Assembly: GCA_040755995.1 (NCBI GenBank)
Contig: JBFMAF010000041.1
Span: 32,001 to 96,000 of the forward strand
DNA from: Acidobacteriota bacterium
GTDB lineage: Bacteria > Acidobacteriota > CAIWXX01
DNA: 64,000 bases
Direction of reading: 5' to 3'
Part shown: positions 50,029 through 58,336 of the stretch, piece after piece
Layout: the number at the start of each line of letters is the position of its first letter
Numbering within the stretch: position 1 is the first letter of the stretch
Made by a program: the position numbers and the translations under genes
The notes under the pieces: model-generated
Databases searched by the model: none
What the model was told of the DNA's origin: nothing
The model's input: the letters and a program-made list of their open reading frames with translations, nothing else

Positions 50029-51687
50029 TCAGCGACTCTTGGCCGTGAAGTTCTGCTGCCGGTCTGAGGTCACGTTGTCGAAGTATGCGCTCGCCGGTTT
50101 GAAGCGGTATCCTGCCTTCTGGGGAGTCGCAGTGCCGGACCAGCCCCACGGCACGACCCTGGCGTAGTAGCCTCGACGATTCGTCCTCGCCTGGCCTCCG
50201 CCGTTGCTGAACGCGACCTTGACTCCACCGACAGCCGTTCCTGACCGGGTTCTCACGTAGCCTGAGATCGTGACGTCGCCGCCCGAGCCGACCGTGAGAT
50301 TCACTGTCACGGTGGCAGGGCTCCCGGAAGCGGCCGGGTCGCTCACGTATATGTGCGCCGTGTACTGTCCGTCGGCGAGACCCGAGGTCAGGTATGTGAC
50401 AGTGATCGAGTCCGCCTCGCCCGCAGAGGTCCCATCAGCCGGGTCGCACGAGAGCCAGGTCGCATCCCACGTGAGAGTGTACGCGAGGGTGCCGATCCCG
50501 GCATTCGAGACGGCGAAGGACTGTGCCGCTGCGTCCGTGCCGGACGTGCAGCTGGGGCTCAGCGACTGCGGGTTGACGTTCATCACGGGACCGACCGGCG
50601 GCGCGGCCTTGAACCGGTTGTACGCAACGTTGAGCAGCGGCAGAAACTCGGCGGTCGCCTTCAGATTGCCGGCGCGGCTGGGGTGATCGTCACCTGACGG
50701 GTACTCGAGCACGTTGGGATTGCCGTCGTTGTCCCCGTCGGTCTTGTGCTGCACGGCACCGTTCCACCAACGGTGGTGGTTTCCACCCGACTGGTACAAG
50801 TCGTTGGTATTGGCGCTGCCGCCGTTGGTAGTGAGAACGTTGTAGAAGTCGAATACGAAGACGTTGTTGTAGGGGTATCCGTCGAGCCAATCGTTCACGA
50901 GCCACTGATTGAAGGCGCGCGCATTGCTCGCCCATGTCCCGCTGCTCAGCGGCGGCGCGCAGATGACGATGAAGAGCTTGTCCTGTCGCGAGAGGAAGTA
51001 TTCGAGGATGTCGATGTAAATCCCTTTGGCATTGGCGACCGTGTGAGCGTCGCTGTAGCAGTCCTGCCCCCGGAGCGTATTGTTGTCGATGGTCGGCACT
51101 GCGGCGTTGGGGTTGCCCTGCAAAGCCGAGTTCGGAAAACAGGACTTGAACATTATGACTTCGTTCTCGCCCCCGGGGTTCGTGCCCATCCGCGAATACG
51201 AACAGTGCTGGTCGCTCTCCGCATACAGCTCGCCCAGATAAGCAGAGCTGCTGGGCCCGCGGAACCATGTCCACCAATGGCCGATATCTGTGGTGTCGCC
51301 GATAGAGTCGAGACCCCACCCGTAATTCGTGTCGCTCACGAAGTAGTTGTTGTCGCGCAGCGCCTCCCCCAGGCCGCCGTTCGAATCGTCGAGCCAGTTC
51401 TCTCCGGTCGAGTGATGGATGAATATGAGACGGACTGGGCTTGACGGTGGGCTTGGGGTATCGGCGGCTGGCGAAGCCAACGTCAGTCCGAGTACGCACG
51501 CTGCGACCGCTGCCGGCAAGGCACGAGCAGCGATCCTGGGCCGCCGGGCACATACGGAGTCCCCCTGCACCGCGTCACGCATCGGTCCCTCCGCACCCAG
51601 TGGTGTGGTGCCTGCCTCGCCGCTGGCATGCCGTCCGCCGGTTGCAAACATCCGAGCAGGCCTTTCAAGAATGCCGTTTCGCGTCAT
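50029..51687 (-). CDS. secreted protein: SGNH-like domain, BACON-like domain and carboxypeptidase-regulatory-like C-terminus
   Basis: FIHHSTG, MFKSCFP, DDHP motifs; start uncertain. Confidence 0.7.
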   Translation of the reverse strand: MTRNGILERPARMFATGGRHASGEAGTTPLGAEGPMRDAVQGDSVCARRPRIAARALPAAVAACVLGLTLASPAADTPSPPSSPVRLIFIHHSTGENWLDDSNGGLGEALRDNNYFVSDTNYGWGLDSIGDTTDIGHWWTWFRGPSSSAYLGELYAESDQHCSYSRMGTNPGGENEVIMFKSCFPNSALQGNPNAAVPTIDNNTLRGQDCYSDAHTVANAKGIYIDILEYFLSRQDKLFIVICAPPLSSGTWASNARAFNQWLVNDWLDGYPYNNVFVFDFYNVLTTNGGSANTNDLYQSGGNHHRWWNGAVQHKTDGDNDGNPNVLEYPSGDDHPSRAGNLKATAEFLPLLNVAYNRFKAAPPVGPVMNVNPQSLSPSCTSGTDAAAQSFAVSNAGIGTLAYTLTWDATWLSCDPADGTSAGEADSITVTYLTSGLADGQYTAHIYVSDPAASGSPATVTVNLTVGSGGDVTISGYVRTRSGTAVGGVKVAFSNGGGQARTNRRGYYARVVPWGWSGTATPQKAGYRFKPASAYFDNVTSDRQQNFTAKSR

Positions 51688-51970
51688 CGTCATGCCTCCC
51701 TTGGCTCTGAGCGTCGCCCCAATAGACCTCACCGGCGCCTGAACGTACTAGTACATCGCATGTGCCGCTTCTCTGCCCTCATTATCGCTCCACAGTGGCC
51801 CAGAGAGGGTGAGATGCGTCACACCTGTCGACCAGGGCGAGGGCAGCGTCGCCCGGGGGCCACGCTTGCGGGCAGGGACAGTATTGCGCTACTGCCGGAA
51901 CAAAGGCTCAGAGTTATTCAGTCAGGTCCACGGAAAGAACGCGTCATGGCACACCAGGAGGAGAGAAACA

Positions 51971-51992
51971 GGGGGGCGGAATCCCGCCCCCC
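51971..51992 (-). terminator. terminator-like hairpin
   Basis: GGGGGGCGG aatc CCGCCCCCC followed by a pyrimidine-rich tail on the minus strand. Confidence 0.6.
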
Positions 51993-52006
51993 GCCACGTG
52001 AATCTC

Positions 52007-52477
52007 CTAGCAGATAATCTTCCAGGTGAACTTGCTCCAATAGGAGTATATGTAGTAGGTCGCCGGACCCCAGTAGGTGTAGTCCCAGTAGTCCTCGGCG
52101 TACAGCTTGATGTAGCGCCCGTTGGTGTAGCGGCCCACGTAATACTTCCCGTTGCGGGTCACGTACCCCTTCCACCTGTTGTTGACGGCGATATAGATCC
52201 TGCCGCCGTAGGCGCACGCAAAGGCGCGGACGTTCCAGTACAGGCTGAACTTGCCCTGCGGCGAGCTCTCGATTGCCCTCTCTTCGGCTGCCGTGAGCGG
52301 CTTCAGTTCGGGCAGCGTGGCAAAGTCGGGCGGTTCGATCGGCCGGCCCGAACGGTCCGCGATCGCGTTCGCCTTGCTCGTCATCGTCTTGGTTGGCGCG
52401 GCTGCGGTAGCCGGAAGCGTCAGCATGGCTGCCGCCACCAGCATCACTGTCGCGAGTGTGAAGAACCTCCGAGTCAT
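52007..52477 (-). CDS. secreted aromatic-rich protein, paralog 1 (156 aa)
   Basis: signal peptide, Y/W-rich C-domain ending WKIIC; AAGGAGG RBS. Confidence 0.85.
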   Translation of the reverse strand: MTRRFFTLATVMLVAAAMLTLPATAAAPTKTMTSKANAIADRSGRPIEPPDFATLPELKPLTAAEERAIESSPQGKFSLYWNVRAFACAYGGRIYIAVNNRWKGYVTRNGKYYVGRYTNGRYIKLYAEDYWDYTYWGPATYYIYSYWSKFTWKIIC

Positions 52478-52794
52478 CTTGCCTCCTTGTGCAGACGTTG
52501 TTGTTGCTATGCCCCCAAAAATCAACCCAAGTCTAAGCGGCAGGCACGCGACTACTTACCGACTCACGCGCCACTACGAACCCGATCTGCTCTACTGAAA
52601 TATTGCGGGGCATGAGATTCGGCTCCCCCGAATCTCTCGAGATTCGCTACACGTTCACCAATCTCTCGAGCCCACTCAGGGGCCACCTACCCTCCTATCA
52701 TCCTGTGTACAAGATAAGAGCTGCGGGGCGAGTTGTCAAGGGTTCCTGGGACGAAGATGAAGGGATGAAGAGGAGAAGAGAGAACGAGGAGCGA

Positions 52795-52817
52795 GAGGGG
52801 GCGGATTCCACCCCCTC
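52795..52817 (-). terminator. terminator-like hairpin, homologous to 51971-51992
   Basis: GAGGGGGTGG aat CCGCCCCCTC on the minus strand. Confidence 0.55.
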
Positions 52818-52830
52818 CAGCCCCGGTGAT

Positions 52831-53301
52831 CTAGCAGATGATCTTCCAGGTGAACGTGCTCCAGTAGGTGTAGACGTAGTACGTCGACGGACCCCAGTAG
52901 GTGTAGTCCCAGTAGTCCTCGGCGTACAGCTTGTAGTACTTTCCGTTGGTGAACTGGCCTACGTAGTACTTACCGTTGCGCGTTACGTAGCCCTTCCACT
53001 TGTTGTTGACGGCGATGTAGATCCGGCCGCCGTAAGCGCACGCGAAGGCCCTGACGTTCCAATACAGCCGGAACTTGCCCTGCGGCGAGTTCTCCAGCGC
53101 CCGCTCCTCGGCCGGGCTAAGTGGTTTCAACTCGGGCAAGTTGGCGTAATCAGGCGGCTCGGCCGGGCGTCCCGACCGGTCGGCCACGGCGTTTGCCTTC
53201 GTCGTCATCACCTTGGTTGGTGCCGCTGCGGTCGCGGGCAGCGTCAGCATGGCTGCCGCCACGAGCATCACCGTCGCGAATACGAACAATCTCCGAGTCA
53301 T
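52831..53301 (-). CDS. secreted aromatic-rich protein, paralog 2 (156 aa)
   Basis: 23 aa differences from paralog 1 by manual count; AGGAGG RBS. Confidence 0.85.
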   Translation of the reverse strand: MTRRLFVFATVMLVAAAMLTLPATAAAPTKVMTTKANAVADRSGRPAEPPDYANLPELKPLSPAEERALENSPQGKFRLYWNVRAFACAYGGRIYIAVNNKWKGYVTRNGKYYVGQFTNGKYYKLYAEDYWDYTYWGPSTYYVYTYWSTFTWKIIC

Positions 53302-53837
53302 CTTTCCTCCTAAGTTCGGTCGTTATTGGTGCTGGTGTTCGGAATGATGGCTGCGTGCTCGATCCAAACCCGATTGACAAGTCTCCGCTCGCATCGCGAT
53401 GCACAATGCGCCGGTCCTGGTATCATCTCGATGAACTGTCTAGGTGGGCGAAAGCGTAAGAGTCGCCCGGGGACGGACAATGCAGCGAGCCTTTGACAAC
53501 GCCGTCCGAGCGCCTCACGTGCCGCATCTCCCCTCCCTCCACGGGTCGTCTTAATTCCTACTCTCAGACTAAGAATACAACTTCGAAGCATTTCCGTCAA
53601 GTGTTTTGTGAAAAAAAAAGCGGTCGGAGCCTGTTCGAACACAGAGTCAGCGGGCAGGAGGTGGTGAGGCTGAAGCGCGCGGCTGACGGGGATCCGCTCA
53701 CGTTGACGTCGACCTCCGTGTTCACGGACGCGGGGACCTTGTCGCAGGGCTCAGGGCAGGGGCACCAGCTCCAGCTCATCCTCATCCTGGATTTCGGTGG
53801 GCGCTTCGTTTATACTTCCGCATTTGAGAGAGTGGCG

Positions 53838-54314
53838 ATGAAAGAAATCAGCAAACGGCTCGAGGAAGAGGTGATGAAGCTCGATTACGAGCTCAAGGTG
53901 GAGCTGCCGAAGGAGCTCAACAAGGCACTGGCACATGGGGATCTGCGTGAGAACGCCGAGCTTCAGGCAGCTAAAGACCGGAAGGACTTCGTGGAGGCGC
54001 GGATCATGCAGCTCAAGCGTCGCATGGCGGATCTCTCACTCCTGAAGCTCCAGGATCTGCCCGAGAACAAGGTTTCGTTCGGTTCCACAGTGGTGCTCTA
54101 CGACCTGGACCGCGAGACCGACGTCACCTACCGCCTCGTCACCGCCGAGGAGAGCGATATCAGCAAGGGGTTGATCTCCACCACATCCCCCATCGGGCGC
54201 GGATTGATGGGACATGAAGAGGGGGACACGGTCGAGATCGCGATTCCATCGGGCCGGAAGCGTTTCGAGATCAAGAAGCTGACCACCATACATCAGGAGT
54301 TGGGAGATGCTTGA
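53838..54314 (+). CDS. greA: transcription elongation factor GreA
   Basis: HGDLRENAE, VSFGSTV, ISTTSPIGRGLMG. Confidence 0.92.
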   Translation: MKEISKRLEEEVMKLDYELKVELPKELNKALAHGDLRENAELQAAKDRKDFVEARIMQLKRRMADLSLLKLQDLPENKVSFGSTVVLYDLDRETDVTYRLVTAEESDISKGLISTTSPIGRGLMGHEEGDTVEIAIPSGRKRFEIKKLTTIHQELGDA

Positions 54315-55077
54315 GACGAAGACCATCCGGAAGACCTCGAAACAAGCGGTTGCGGTGGTTGAGACTGTGCAGGCAGCTCGTAAGCACGGTGTGCTGCGCG
54401 AGTACTTCGAGCTGATCGTGGTGACCGTGATCTTCACGCTCTTCCTGCAGACTTTCGTCGTTCAGGCTTTCCAGATTCCGAGCAGCTCGATGGAAGACAA
54501 CCTTCTGGTCGGCGACCATCTTCTCGTCAACAAGAGCGTCTACTCTTCGTTTGGCGAGAGCGCTCTGGCATCGAAGATCCTCCCGTTCAAGGAGCCGCGA
54601 CGCGGCGACATCGTGGTCTTCAAGTACCCTGAGGATCCTACGAAGGATTTCGTGAAGCGCGTCATCGGCCTGCCGGGCGACACCGTCGAGATCCGGAGCA
54701 AGACCGTCTACGTCAACGGCAAGGCCTTCCAGGAACCATACAAGTATCACAAGGACTCGCACATATTCTCCCCCTTCGACCTCAGCGCGCGGCCCGAGGC
54801 GGTGATGCGTGACAACTACGGGCCCGTGACGGTGCCGGCAGGAGATCTGTTCGTGATGGGTGACAACCGCGACAACAGTCACGATTCCCGATACTGGGGC
54901 TTCTTGCCGCGGACCAACCTGAAGGGGAAGCCCCTGATCATCTACTGGTCATACGCAGCCGACAAGGAATCGTACCTGTATGTAGACTACGGCAGCCGGC
55001 TGAAAAACATCTTGAACACGATCATCCACTTCCCAACTCGCACCAGGTGGTCTCGATTCTTCAAGATCATCCGCTGA
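54307..55077 (+). CDS. lepB: signal peptidase I
   Basis: IPSSSM, FVKRVIGLPGD, GDNRDNSHDSRYWG. Confidence 0.96.
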   Translation: MLETKTIRKTSKQAVAVVETVQAARKHGVLREYFELIVVTVIFTLFLQTFVVQAFQIPSSSMEDNLLVGDHLLVNKSVYSSFGESALASKILPFKEPRRGDIVVFKYPEDPTKDFVKRVIGLPGDTVEIRSKTVYVNGKAFQEPYKYHKDSHIFSPFDLSARPEAVMRDNYGPVTVPAGDLFVMGDNRDNSHDSRYWGFLPRTNLKGKPLIIYWSYAADKESYLYVDYGSRLKNILNTIIHFPTRTRWSRFFKIIR

Positions 55078-55158
55078 GGACGCGCGCGCCACGGTGACCG
55101 GGGAAGAGCCGGAGGCCGGTCGGGTGCGAACGGCGTCGCGAGGTCCGCAGAGGTTTCG

Positions 55159-56469
55159 ATGAGGAAGTTCCACATCGAGACGTTCGGATGCCAGATGAAC
55201 GTCCATGACAGTGAGAAGATCGCCGGTCTGTTGTCGCTCGCCGGATACGGACGCGCGGAGAGCGAGGAACAGGCCACGCTGCACGTCGTGAACACCTGCT
55301 CCGTGCGGGAGAAAGCGGAGAGCAAGCTTCACAGCTACCTGGGCAGACTGGGCAGGCGCAAGAGGGAAGGGGACGACCTTGTGATCGGCGTGATGGGCTG
55401 TGTGGCCCAGCAGGAGGGGCGCGATCTGCTCTGTCAAGCCCCGTATGTCGATTTCGTACTGGGCACCCATCAGTTGTCCGCCGTCGGCGATGTCATGCGC
55501 CAGATCGAGGAGACGCGTGCGCCTGTGGTGCAGACAGCCATGGTTGCCGAGCTCGACGAGCTGGCCCCCTCGGTGGCGGAACGTGCCCACCCGGGACGCG
55601 CCTACGTGACGATCATGGAGGGGTGCAACAAGTTCTGCACCTTTTGCGTCGTCCCCTACACCAGAGGACGCGAACGGTGTCGATCTTTCGAGAGCATCCT
55701 GGCCGAGATCGAATACCTCGCGGGCTCTGGCGCGCGTGAGATCCAACTGCTCGGGCAAAACGTCAATTGCTGGCGCGACGGCAATCGCCGGTTCATCGAT
55801 CTCCTTCGGGCGGTCGAGGTTACCCAAGTCGAATGGCTTAGGTTCATCACCTCGCATCCCGCGCACTTCGGAGAGGAGCTGGCCGAGTGGATGGCCCAGT
55901 CCACGAAGCTCTGCCCGCAGCTCCATCTGCCGCTGCAATCCGGGAGCGATGAGGTGCTGTCCAGGATGCGCCGTGAATACAACTGCGACGAGTTTCGACG
56001 GAAGATCTCGGATCTCCGCATGCGCATACCATCCATCGCGCTCTCAACGGACATCATCGCCGGGTTTCCGGGCGAGACAGACGAGGACTTCGCAAGGACG
56101 ATGGAGGTTTGCCGGGAGATCCGCTTCGACTCGATGTTCTCCTTTGTCTACTCGCCCCGGCGCTACACCGCCGCCGGGCGCTGGACCGATGACGTGCCGG
56201 CTGAAATCAAGCTGCTCAGACTGCGATCACTACAGGAAATGCAGAGGCAGATTCAAACGGAGACGAACCGTGCTCTCGTTCAGCGCGAGATGAGAGTGCT
56301 GGTGGACGGCAGGAGCAAGAAGAGCCCTCATGTATACTGCGGCCGCAGCGCGTGCAATCGAGTTGTGAATTTCGTTGCACCGGCCCCACCCAGGCCGGGG
56401 GATTTCGCGCGGGTGCGCATCACCAACTCGGGCCCGAACAGCTTGTTCGGTGAAGCGATGGGCAGTTGA
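55159..56469 (+). CDS. miaB: tRNA-i6A37 methylthiotransferase
   Basis: TFGCQMN, NTCSVR, GCNKFCTFC radical SAM motif, TRAM domain. Confidence 0.96.
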   Translation: MRKFHIETFGCQMNVHDSEKIAGLLSLAGYGRAESEEQATLHVVNTCSVREKAESKLHSYLGRLGRRKREGDDLVIGVMGCVAQQEGRDLLCQAPYVDFVLGTHQLSAVGDVMRQIEETRAPVVQTAMVAELDELAPSVAERAHPGRAYVTIMEGCNKFCTFCVVPYTRGRERCRSFESILAEIEYLAGSGAREIQLLGQNVNCWRDGNRRFIDLLRAVEVTQVEWLRFITSHPAHFGEELAEWMAQSTKLCPQLHLPLQSGSDEVLSRMRREYNCDEFRRKISDLRMRIPSIALSTDIIAGFPGETDEDFARTMEVCREIRFDSMFSFVYSPRRYTAAGRWTDDVPAEIKLLRLRSLQEMQRQIQTETNRALVQREMRVLVDGRSKKSPHVYCGRSACNRVVNFVAPAPPRPGDFARVRITNSGPNSLFGEAMGS

Positions 56470-56633
56470 CAGTTGTCAGTTGACAGCGGGCGATGGTCGG
56501 CCGAGAGGCAGCGGCAGTCGAGTGACGGCTCCCTTTCGCTTGACTCGGCCGGGTTGTAGAGCCTGCGGCTCCTCCGCGGCCGACAACTGCTTCTCCGGCA
56601 ACTGACAACCGACAACTACCGACTGCTACTGCT
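56464..56633. repeat. inverted heptamer arrays (AGTTGAC / GACAACT), same family as 22704-22780
   Basis: AGTTGAC AGTTGTC AGTTGAC ... GGCAACT GACAACC GACAACT. Confidence 0.8.
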
Positions 56634-56843
56634 CTTTTTCACTTGACCCATCGGCGTTGTCGGCGATACACTGCCGCGCGTGGTGTGTGGTCGCAGTGGA
56701 GTCGACGAGCCTCGTGCTGCAGAGGCCGCGCCTCGCCGGACGATCGCATCGCCTCACCAGGCGACCGCATCCCGGAGTTTTTCTCAAACAAAACCGTTCA
56801 TACTGGTTCGGCTCTGAACCCCATCTCATAAGGAGTGTATCGC

Positions 56844-58130
56844 ATGGAGAAGAAGCCGTTCAACGCTTTCGAAATGGCCCAGCAGCAGTTCGACGCCGTG
56901 GCCGAGAAGCTCGGTCTCGACGCGCCCACCAAGGATCTCCTGCGGAATCCGCTACGCGAGTACCACTTCATGATCCCAGTCCGCATGGACGATGGATCGT
57001 ACCAGGTTTTCAAAGGATTCCGCGTCCAGCACAGCGACGCGAGAGGGCCGTGCAAGGGCGGCATCCGGTTCCATCCACATGAGACCGTAGACACAGTCCG
57101 GGCATTGGCCATGTGGATGACCTGGAAATGCGCCGTGGTCGATATCCCGCTGGGAGGCGGCAAGGGTGGAGTCATCTGCGATCCGCACAACCTGAGCGAG
57201 CGCGAGCAGGAGGGGATCTGCCGTGGCTGGGTGCGCCAGGTCGCACTGAACGTCGGCCCCGTGCAGGACGTCCCGGCCCCCGACGTGATGACGCATGGCC
57301 AGCACATGTTGTGGATGCTCGATGAGTTCGAGAGAATCCGCGGCGGGCGCTACCCGGGGTTCATAACGGGCAAGCCGGTCGGAATCGGCGGATCGCTCGG
57401 CCGCACCGAAGCCACCGGCTACGGCGTGATGTACACTGTGCGCGAGGCCATGGAGGAGCTTGGGATCGATATCAGCAAGACCGCGGCCGCTTTCCAGGGT
57501 TTCGGCAACGTCTCCCAGTACGCGGTGCGCCTGTACAAGCAGTACGGGGGGCGCGTCGTATGCGTGTCGTGCTGGGACCAGAAAGACCAGACTTCCTACA
57601 CGTTCCGCCGTGAGTCGGGTGTGGATCCGGACGAGCTGGTCTCGATCACGGACAAGTTCGGCTCGATCGACAAGGAGAAGGCGAGGGCCGGTGGCTATGA
57701 GATACTCCCCGGCGATGCGTGGATCGAGCAGGAGGTCGACCTCCTGGTTCCGGCTGCGCTCGAGAACCAGGTGACCGGAGCCCTCGTTGGCCGCATCCAC
57801 AAGCGCGTGAAGATGATCGCGGAAGGCGCTAACGGCCCGACGACCCCGGACGCGGACACTGTCATCAAAGAACGCGGCATCTTCCTGATCCCCGACTTCC
57901 TGTGCAACGCAGGCGGAGTCACCTGCAGCTATTTCGAGCAGGTCCAGTGCAACATGAATCACTACTGGACTGTCGGCGAGGTGCTCGGCCAGCTGGATTC
58001 CAAGATGACCAGTGCGTTCAAGGCGGTTTCGGAAATGGCGCGTACGAAGAACGTGTACATGCGCGACGCAGCCTACATGATCTCGATCTCGCGCGTGGCC
58101 GAGGCGTGCCACCTGCGCGGTTGGGTGTAG
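56844..58130 (+). CDS. gdhA: Glu/Leu/Phe/Val dehydrogenase, probably glutamate dehydrogenase
   Basis: KGGIRFHP, GGGKGG, DVPAPD, QGFGNV, EGANGP, NAGGV. Confidence 0.93.
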   Translation: MEKKPFNAFEMAQQQFDAVAEKLGLDAPTKDLLRNPLREYHFMIPVRMDDGSYQVFKGFRVQHSDARGPCKGGIRFHPHETVDTVRALAMWMTWKCAVVDIPLGGGKGGVICDPHNLSEREQEGICRGWVRQVALNVGPVQDVPAPDVMTHGQHMLWMLDEFERIRGGRYPGFITGKPVGIGGSLGRTEATGYGVMYTVREAMEELGIDISKTAAAFQGFGNVSQYAVRLYKQYGGRVVCVSCWDQKDQTSYTFRRESGVDPDELVSITDKFGSIDKEKARAGGYEILPGDAWIEQEVDLLVPAALENQVTGALVGRIHKRVKMIAEGANGPTTPDADTVIKERGIFLIPDFLCNAGGVTCSYFEQVQCNMNHYWTVGEVLGQLDSKMTSAFKAVSEMARTKNVYMRDAAYMISISRVAEACHLRGWV

Positions 58131-58336
58131 ACTCCGTGAGGGGGCGCCTTGAAGCGGGCGCGCCCTTCACCGATAATTGAGTGCGATGACACCGGGGCGG
58201 CGCCGGATACCTGGGCCGGCGCACGCCGGCGGTGCTCAGCCGTCTTGCCCGCTCGACCTCGCGGGCCATGGCAGTTCGATCTGGTCCTTCGCCGGCTCGC
58301 GAGAACGGGTGACCGCATGAGGAAGGGAGATCGGAG

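Noticed and set aside
52007..53301. Tandem paralogs as a DGR template/variable repeat pair
   Set aside because: Differences are spread over the whole gene, largely synonymous and not adenine-specific
53446..53508. Two hairpins (GGGCGA/TCGCCC, GGACGG/CCGTCC) as a riboswitch
   Set aside because: Short GC stems are expected by chance and match no aptamer I recognise
56673..56843. Glutamine riboswitch in the gdh leader
   Set aside because: CGTTCA is present but the conserved GGAAGTA core and three-way junction are missing
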